Origin: Thermodesulfobacteriota bacterium
GTDB lineage: Bacteria; Desulfobacterota; Desulfobulbia; Desulfobulbales; SURF-16
Assembly: GCA_039715015.1 (NCBI GenBank)
Contig: JBDLIE010000043.1
Location: forward strand, 1-21,917
Direction of reading: 5' to 3'
DNA length: 21,917 bases
A program made the translations under genes and the position numbers. Under the pieces are notes generated by a model that saw only the letters and a program-made list of their open reading frames with translations, did no database searches and was not told where the DNA came from. The stretch's first letter is position 1. Every line of letters starts with the position of its first letter. Of this stretch, positions 16,210 to 21,917 are shown one piece after another.

Positions 16210-17505
16210 ATGAAGCGCATCTCTTACCAGCTTGCCGTACCTGTTCTTCTTCTCATCCTCTCTGTGGTTCTTATCTGGCAGTGGTCTGGCCTGGCCAGTT
16301 ATATGAGCAAAGAGGAAGAGCTCCATGCCCTGCTTACCATTCTGCCGGCCTTGCCCTATCTCCTTTTTTCCCTGCTTGTTGTCATCGGCTGGCGTTATAA
16401 TAACGCCGGGCTGATCTTTTCATGCCTTGTGCTGGGGTTCGGTTATTTTGTCTTTGCACTCAAACCAGCCGCCCTCCAAGATACGCCGCTTGCCCTGATG
16501 GCCTCCTTTTTGTTGCCGTTCAATCTGCTTTTTTCTTCCTTCTATGCCAAGAAGCGGATTTTTACCCCCTTTGGGGCAATATGGGCTGGTCTCATTGTTC
16601 TCCAGGTTTGCTTGGTGCTCTTAATATGCGCACCGCTCCAGTATGAGTTGTCCTCCCCTTGGCGTTGGTTGAGCCGGAGTATGCCGGGCTTTGCCGCCAT
16701 CCATGGGGCAGCCTCCCAGAAGATACTGGCTTTCCTGGCAAGCCAGGTTGTCTTTAATCTGCAGGCAATCTCCACCACCATCTTCTTGGCATATCTGCTG
16801 CCCTTCATCCTGTTGGGCTACCGTTTTTTACGTAATCTCGACATTGCTCTGACTGGTTATATGGGGACCCTGGTGGCCTTACTCCTTGCTCTCGTGGCTG
16901 ACAACAGTGTCAGCGGCCTGATGATATGTTTTTCTACGGCTGGCATCATCATGCTGATCACCACCATTGAGGCCTCCTACTCCATGGCCTATCTTGATGA
17001 ACTCACCGGCCTGCGGGGCCGTCGGAGCCTTAACGAGTTGATGCTCAACCTGGGTAAGACCTATGCCATTGCCATGCTCGATATCGATCATTTTAAGAAG
17101 TTTAACGATACCTATGGCCATAAGACCGGTGATGACGTTTTGAAGATGGTGGCCACGGTATTTAGTAAGATCCGTGGCAACGCCAAGACCTTTCGCTATG
17201 GTGGTGAGGAGTTTACGGCAGTTTTTCCCGGTAAGACAGCTGAAGAGGCCCAGCCCTATCTGGAGAAGATCCGCCGCGATATTGAGGAGAGCGGTTTTGT
17301 GGTGCGCTCAAAGACCAGGAAGAAAAAGAGTGCTGAAAATAGAGGCAAGGACACGGAGACAAAGAAAACGGTCAGTGTCACGATCAGCATTGGTGCTGCC
17401 ACCAGCTCCAAAAAGCTTGATAGCCCGGAAAAGGTGATCAAGGCGGCAGATGCCATCCTCTATAAGGCCAAGAAGGCGGGACGCAACCGGGTGAAGATAG
17501 GTTAA
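16210..17505 (+). CDS. Multi-pass membrane diguanylate cyclase (GGEEF)
   Basis: About 8-9 hydrophobic segments, then AYLDELTGL, DIDHFKKFNDTYGH, RYGGEEF, VTISIG, ADAILYKAKKAGRN. Start uncertain: ATG 16210 preferred over 16087 because MKR plus a hydrophobic helix follows it. Confidence 0.92.
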   Translation: MKRISYQLAVPVLLLILSVVLIWQWSGLASYMSKEEELHALLTILPALPYLLFSLLVVIGWRYNNAGLIFSCLVLGFGYFVFALKPAALQDTPLALMASFLLPFNLLFSSFYAKKRIFTPFGAIWAGLIVLQVCLVLLICAPLQYELSSPWRWLSRSMPGFAAIHGAASQKILAFLASQVVFNLQAISTTIFLAYLLPFILLGYRFLRNLDIALTGYMGTLVALLLALVADNSVSGLMICFSTAGIIMLITTIEASYSMAYLDELTGLRGRRSLNELMLNLGKTYAIAMLDIDHFKKFNDTYGHKTGDDVLKMVATVFSKIRGNAKTFRYGGEEFTAVFPGKTAEEAQPYLEKIRRDIEESGFVVRSKTRKKKSAENRGKDTETKKTVSVTISIGAATSSKKLDSPEKVIKAADAILYKAKKAGRNRVKIG

Positions 17506-17589
17506 CAGGGCAGGCCCTGGTTGCCGCAGGAAATTTTGAGAAGAGAAAGCCTTTTGCCTGTTAAACCCTAGCAAGGAGAGTGCATAGGT

Positions 17590-20382
17590 ATGGCTGCTTT
17601 GGGAATTTTAGGCGCCGTGGGCGCCATTGCTGGTGCTGTGGTGTTTGCCTTCATCTTCCATGATGAAGACGCCATGGCCGCCGGGGCGGTGATCGGTTTT
17701 CTGCTTGGCTGGAATATTACCCTGAGCCGGGCCTTGGCCCGGGTGGAAGAGCGGCTGCGCCAACATGACGGCCTGTTGGCAAGGTTGATGAAAGAGCCTC
17801 CGGCACCCCAAGAGACGCAAGGGCAGGAGGTCCATGCTGCCGGGCCAGAAGAGGTGCTGCCTGTTGTTGCTCTGGAGGAGGTGGCTGAAGAGGCCCAGGA
17901 AATGGTCGGCGATGCCCCTGCTTCTCAACCGACACCTCGCCTTCCCCGTCAGGCTGCCACGCCTGCCTATGCAGCTGCAGGTCAGGAGAGCAGTAACGCC
18001 CCTCCTTCTCGCCCTTCCCAGGATTTCTTTGACCGTGCCCTGGGCTATCTCAAGGCCTTTTTCACCGAGGGCAATGTTGTCCTGCGGGTAGGTTTGCTGG
18101 TTCTTTTCTTTGGGGTCGCTTTCCTTCTTAAGTATGCCTCGGAGCGCAGTCTGCTGCCCATTGAGCTCCGCCTGACAGGGGTTGTGCTGGCTGGTCTTGC
18201 CATGCTTGTTTTTGGCTGGCGCCTGCGTGACGATCGGCCAGGTTTCGCACTCCTCACTCAGGGGGGCGGCATTGGTCTCCTTTTTCTCACCATCTTTGCC
18301 GCCGGCAAGCTTTACGGCCTGCTGCCCATGCCCCTCTCCTTTGCCATCATGGTGGGTTTGGTCTGCACCTCCGCAGCCCTGGCCCTGCTTCAGGACGCCA
18401 AGTCCCTGGCCCTTTTTGGCGCCACCGGCGGTTTTCTGGCCCCAGTGCTGCTTTCCACCGGCAGCGGCAGCCATGTGGCCCTCTTTAGCTATTACGCCTT
18501 ACTCAACAGTGGCATCCTGGCCCTTGCCTGGTTCAAGGCGTGGCGCGAGCTTAATCTGCTCGGCTTTATTTTTACCTTGGGTATCGGTAGCCTGTGGGGA
18601 GCGCAGAGCTACCAGCCCCAATATTTTTCCAGCACCGAACCCTTTCTCATTCTCTACTTCCTGATGTTTTCCATTATTGCCGTGCTCTTTGCCTTCCGGC
18701 AGCCCCCGCAGCTGCGCGGCTATGTGGATGGCTCCCTGGTCTTTGGCACGCCCATTATCTGCTTTTCTCTGCAGGCCGCTCTGGTACGGGACATGAAGTA
18801 CGGCATGGCTCTTTCCGCCCTGGCTGTCAGTGTCTTTTATGTGGGCCTCGCTACCCTGCTCTGGAACAAGGGGGATGAGAAGCTGCGGCAGGGCATGCGC
18901 ACCCTCACCGAGGCCTTTCTCGCCCTGGGGGTGGTCTTTGTCACCCTGGCAGTGCCCCTGGCCTTAAGCGGCAACTGGACCGCAGTGACCTGGGCCATGG
19001 AGGGCGCCGCCCTGGTTTGGGTCGGGATCCGCCAGCACCGTGCCATTCCCCGCAATTTCGGTTTTCTTCTCCAGGTCGGTGCCGCCTTTTTCTTTCTCAA
19101 CAGCGCCCAGTTTCATGGCGAAAGGATGGTGATTGCCAACGGTGTTTTCTTAGGCTCAGTGGTGATCAGCCTGGCCGCCCTTTTTTCCTCCTGGAACCTC
19201 TATAAGGCCGGCAACCTGCGCTCTTTTGAGAAATATCACCATCTCCTTCTCTTTATTTGGGGAACGCTTTGGTGGTTCGGGGCAGGGATCAATGAGCTTA
19301 ATCAGCAGGTAATCTATCGCTATGAGGATCATGTTACCCTGATTTTCATCGGGGCCAGTTGTCTTGCCATGATGGCCCTGGTGTCCCGTCTTGCCTGGCC
19401 TCTGGCCGCCTACCCCAGCCTTGGCCTGTTACCAGTAACGGCCCTTGTGGTTCTGGAAAATATGGGATGGCAGGGCGCCTCCTCAAGCCGTCATCTCTTT
19501 GCCGACTATGGCTACCTTGCCTGGCCCCTGGCTTTTGTCCTCCTCTATCGTTGTCTCGCCCTCGGCCAAGAACGTTTACCGGACAAGCTCCTGCGACTAA
19601 CCCATATAGGTGCTTTCTTGCTCCTGGTTCTTGTTGTGGCCTCGGAGATGGCCTGGCAGGTCAACGCCTTTACCTATGGGGCCGGAAGCTGGACACGCAT
19701 CGTCTGGGGCCTTGTTCCCATAGCCCTGGTCAAATTTATCCATCGTAGCACCGTCAATATGTATTGGCCGCTCAGCGATTTTGGCCGGGAGTATAAGGAG
19801 CAAGGCTCAGCGCTTATTCTGGCTCTGGCGTGGCTCTGGCTCCTGGCCGGATGTTTCATGGGGCGTGGCAGTGCTGTGCCCTTGCCCTTTATTCCGCTCT
19901 TTAACCCTCTGGAACTCAGCCAGCTCATGGTGATGCTGGTGTTGACCGTCTGGAGCCTGGGCCACCGCGATTTTGTCATCGCAAAAATTCCTGTTCAACT
20001 CCTGGCGGCCTTGGCTGCCGGCACGGTCTTTATATGGATCAATTCGGTGCTGGCCCGGGCCATCCATCAATTGCGCGGCGTTCGTTTTGAGATCGATGAT
20101 ATGATGGCCTCCCGGTTTTATCAGGCTTCCGTCTCCATTCTCTGGGGATTACTGGCCCTGGCCTTGATGACCACGGCAAGCCGCCGCCAGAGCCGGAACA
20201 TCTGGCTTGTGGGCAGCGCTCTGATCGGCGTAACCGTGGCCAAGCTCTTTTTCATCGATCTGGCCCAGAGCGGTACCATTGAACGGATCGTCTCTTTCTT
20301 GGCCGTGGGTATCCTGCTCATGGTTATCGGTTATTTTTCACCCCTGCCGCCGCTACCCCGCGAGCAGGAGGAGGCAGCATGA
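17590..20382 (+). CDS. DUF2339 family large integral membrane protein
   Basis: N-terminal TM pair, coiled segment and Pro/Ala/Glu linker, then about 20 or more hydrophobic segments. RVGLLVLFFGVAFLLKY, QGGGIG, GGFLAPVL, KLFFIDL, RIVSF and C-terminal YFSPLPP. AAGGAG SD. Confidence 0.85.
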   Translation: MAALGILGAVGAIAGAVVFAFIFHDEDAMAAGAVIGFLLGWNITLSRALARVEERLRQHDGLLARLMKEPPAPQETQGQEVHAAGPEEVLPVVALEEVAEEAQEMVGDAPASQPTPRLPRQAATPAYAAAGQESSNAPPSRPSQDFFDRALGYLKAFFTEGNVVLRVGLLVLFFGVAFLLKYASERSLLPIELRLTGVVLAGLAMLVFGWRLRDDRPGFALLTQGGGIGLLFLTIFAAGKLYGLLPMPLSFAIMVGLVCTSAALALLQDAKSLALFGATGGFLAPVLLSTGSGSHVALFSYYALLNSGILALAWFKAWRELNLLGFIFTLGIGSLWGAQSYQPQYFSSTEPFLILYFLMFSIIAVLFAFRQPPQLRGYVDGSLVFGTPIICFSLQAALVRDMKYGMALSALAVSVFYVGLATLLWNKGDEKLRQGMRTLTEAFLALGVVFVTLAVPLALSGNWTAVTWAMEGAALVWVGIRQHRAIPRNFGFLLQVGAAFFFLNSAQFHGERMVIANGVFLGSVVISLAALFSSWNLYKAGNLRSFEKYHHLLLFIWGTLWWFGAGINELNQQVIYRYEDHVTLIFIGASCLAMMALVSRLAWPLAAYPSLGLLPVTALVVLENMGWQGASSSRHLFADYGYLAWPLAFVLLYRCLALGQERLPDKLLRLTHIGAFLLLVLVVASEMAWQVNAFTYGAGSWTRIVWGLVPIALVKFIHRSTVNMYWPLSDFGREYKEQGSALILALAWLWLLAGCFMGRGSAVPLPFIPLFNPLELSQLMVMLVLTVWSLGHRDFVIAKIPVQLLAALAAGTVFIWINSVLARAIHQLRGVRFEIDDMMASRFYQASVSILWGLLALALMTTASRRQSRNIWLVGSALIGVTVAKLFFIDLAQSGTIERIVSFLAVGILLMVIGYFSPLPPLPREQEEAA

Positions 20383-21746
20383 AAGTTCTTTTAGTTGTTC
20401 TTTCTTTATTATTTACGTCCCCGGCCTGGGCTGGGGAGGGGAATAAGCCCCTGATGCGGGCCGATTTTGCCTATGGCCTGGAATTAACGGTGCAAGGCCA
20501 GGGCGCCATTTATGGTCTGCCGGTACCACCTCAGGTCTACCAGTATTGCAGCCGGGCTGATCTTGGTGACCTGCGGGTTTTCAATGGCCGGGGCGTTGTT
20601 CCTCACCTCCTCCGGCCCCAGGTCAGCAAGAAGAAGACCCCAGATCCCGTTGTTCTGCCCTTTTTCCCTTTGCTGGGTAAGGGTGGAGATGCCAAGCTGC
20701 CCCCCGATCTCCATATCTCGACAGATAGCAAAGGCACCATCATCGATATCCGCCAGGGTCAAGGGGGCCAGCCGACCACGCAGGTCTCTTCCTATGTCAT
20801 CGACACCACCGGCCTTAAGAAAAAGGCAGACTGGTTGGAGTTTTCTTGGACTGGTCAGGGCGACCATTTTTCCACCTCGGTGAAGATAGAGGCAAGTAAC
20901 GACCTGAATTCATGGCGAAATCTAGTTGCTAAGGCATCTTTGGCCGAATTACGCTTTGCCGGGCATGATTTGGTGCGCAACCGGATCACCATGGGGACAG
21001 GTGATAGCAAATACCTGCGCCTCTCCTGGCCGGCTGGCAAGAAGGGCGTTGTCCTGACGGCAATTAAAGCAGGATACAATAAGGAAGACATCGCTCAAGC
21101 CCGCACAGTTCATTATCTCGGCGGCAAGCCGGAGCCAATGGCCAAAGAGGGAAAGGTCATCTACCACTACACCAGCGATGGCTTTTTCCCGGTGGACCAG
21201 ATCTATGTCCGCCTTCCTCAGCATAACTCCCTGGCCCAGGTGACGGTTCTCTCCCGGGCCAGCGAAGATAAGCCTTGGCGACAACGGGCCTCATTGCTGT
21301 CCTACCAGTTAACCATTGACGGGGTTGGGCTTGGGAGTAGCGTCAAGCATATCACTCCTGTCACTGATCGTTTCTGGCGTCTTGAACTGGAAGAGGTGGG
21401 TACGAGGGCCGGTGGTCCTATGCTGGAGCTTGGTTGGCGGCCTCAACAGCTTGTTTTTGTCGCCCAGGGTCAGGGCCCGTATACTCTGGCCTATGGCCGG
21501 GCAGGATTGGGCCCCGAGCGATCTCCGGTTGACAGACTGCTTGCCTCAATCGATCCGCGGCAGGAGAAAAATCTGATTAAACCTGCCTATGCCAGTCAGC
21601 AAATCATCCTCGGCGGTAAAGGGCAGCTCCTTCCCAGCCCCGAGATTCCCTGGCGGCGCTGGCTCCTTTGGGCCATCCTTGTTGCCGGCGTGCTTGTTAT
21701 CGGTGCCATGGCCTTGCAGCTTTTCAAAGAGATGCAGGAGGAGTAG
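20379..21746 (+). CDS. DUF3999 family protein (signal peptide, extracytoplasmic domains, C-terminal membrane anchor)
   Basis: Signal peptide ending AWA. ADFAY, DLGDLRVFN, IEASNDL, LVFVAQGQGPYTLAYG, C-terminal WLLWAILVAGVLVIGAMA. ATGA overlap with the DUF2339 stop. Confidence 0.82.
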   Translation: MKVLLVVLSLLFTSPAWAGEGNKPLMRADFAYGLELTVQGQGAIYGLPVPPQVYQYCSRADLGDLRVFNGRGVVPHLLRPQVSKKKTPDPVVLPFFPLLGKGGDAKLPPDLHISTDSKGTIIDIRQGQGGQPTTQVSSYVIDTTGLKKKADWLEFSWTGQGDHFSTSVKIEASNDLNSWRNLVAKASLAELRFAGHDLVRNRITMGTGDSKYLRLSWPAGKKGVVLTAIKAGYNKEDIAQARTVHYLGGKPEPMAKEGKVIYHYTSDGFFPVDQIYVRLPQHNSLAQVTVLSRASEDKPWRQRASLLSYQLTIDGVGLGSSVKHITPVTDRFWRLELEEVGTRAGGPMLELGWRPQQLVFVAQGQGPYTLAYGRAGLGPERSPVDRLLASIDPRQEKNLIKPAYASQQIILGGKGQLLPSPEIPWRRWLLWAILVAGVLVIGAMALQLFKEMQEE

Positions 21747-21752
21747 AGCAGT

Positions 21753-21917
21753 ATGGAGTTAATCTTTGAGAGCTGGTCGCAACTGCACGGCCTGTATCAA
21801 TCCATTATCATTTTATGTGGCGGCTGTGTGATGTATATCTTTGTTCGCCATGTGGTGATCCGTAAACTAGGGCATTTGGCCGCCTCCACGGCCAATGATC
21901 TTGATGATCGCCTTGTC
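21753..21917 (+). CDS. Partial CDS, probable mechanosensitive channel (MscS family) N-terminus, truncated by the window edge
   Basis: ATG 6 nt after the DUF3999 stop, with GGAGGAG upstream. Open to the window end: MELIFESWSQLHGLYQSIIILCGGCVMYIFVRHVVIRKLGHLAASTANDLDDRLV. A TM helix followed by T-x4-DD is common in MscS N-termini. Not in the ORF track. Confidence 0.6.
   Translation, partial: MELIFESWSQLHGLYQSIIILCGGCVMYIFVRHVVIRKLGHLAASTANDLDDRLV

Overview
A bacterial chromosomal window that is mostly housekeeping. Gene content and style suggest Desulfobacterota/deltaproteobacteria, but this is an inference and was not tested. On the left, minus strand, is an oxidative pentose-phosphate operon, zwf-pgl-[DUF547]-gnd, with an exported DUF547 protein inserted in it and a near-consensus sigma70 promoter about 215 nt upstream of zwf. 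Divergently on the plus strand lie mtaB-cinA-[DUF2914 membrane protein], a perfect GTAG-type REP doublet, recA, a 23-bp-stem terminator, a CCCTCTCCC-type palindromic repeat, and alaS. An accessory-looking block follows: a small Cys-rich hypothetical protein, a membrane GGDEF-EAL protein, an orphan receiver protein, a membrane diguanylate cyclase without an I-site, a coupled DUF2339-DUF3999 pair and the start of a probable MscS-family gene. I saw no tRNA, rRNA, CRISPR array, transposase, integrase or defence gene. I cannot support a claim of a clearly new system. The best candidates for follow-up are the c-di-GMP plus DUF2339/DUF3999/MscS envelope block, DUF547 inside the NADPH-producing operon, and the two different repeat elements flanking recA. 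All family calls come from motif recognition by eye, not database searches.
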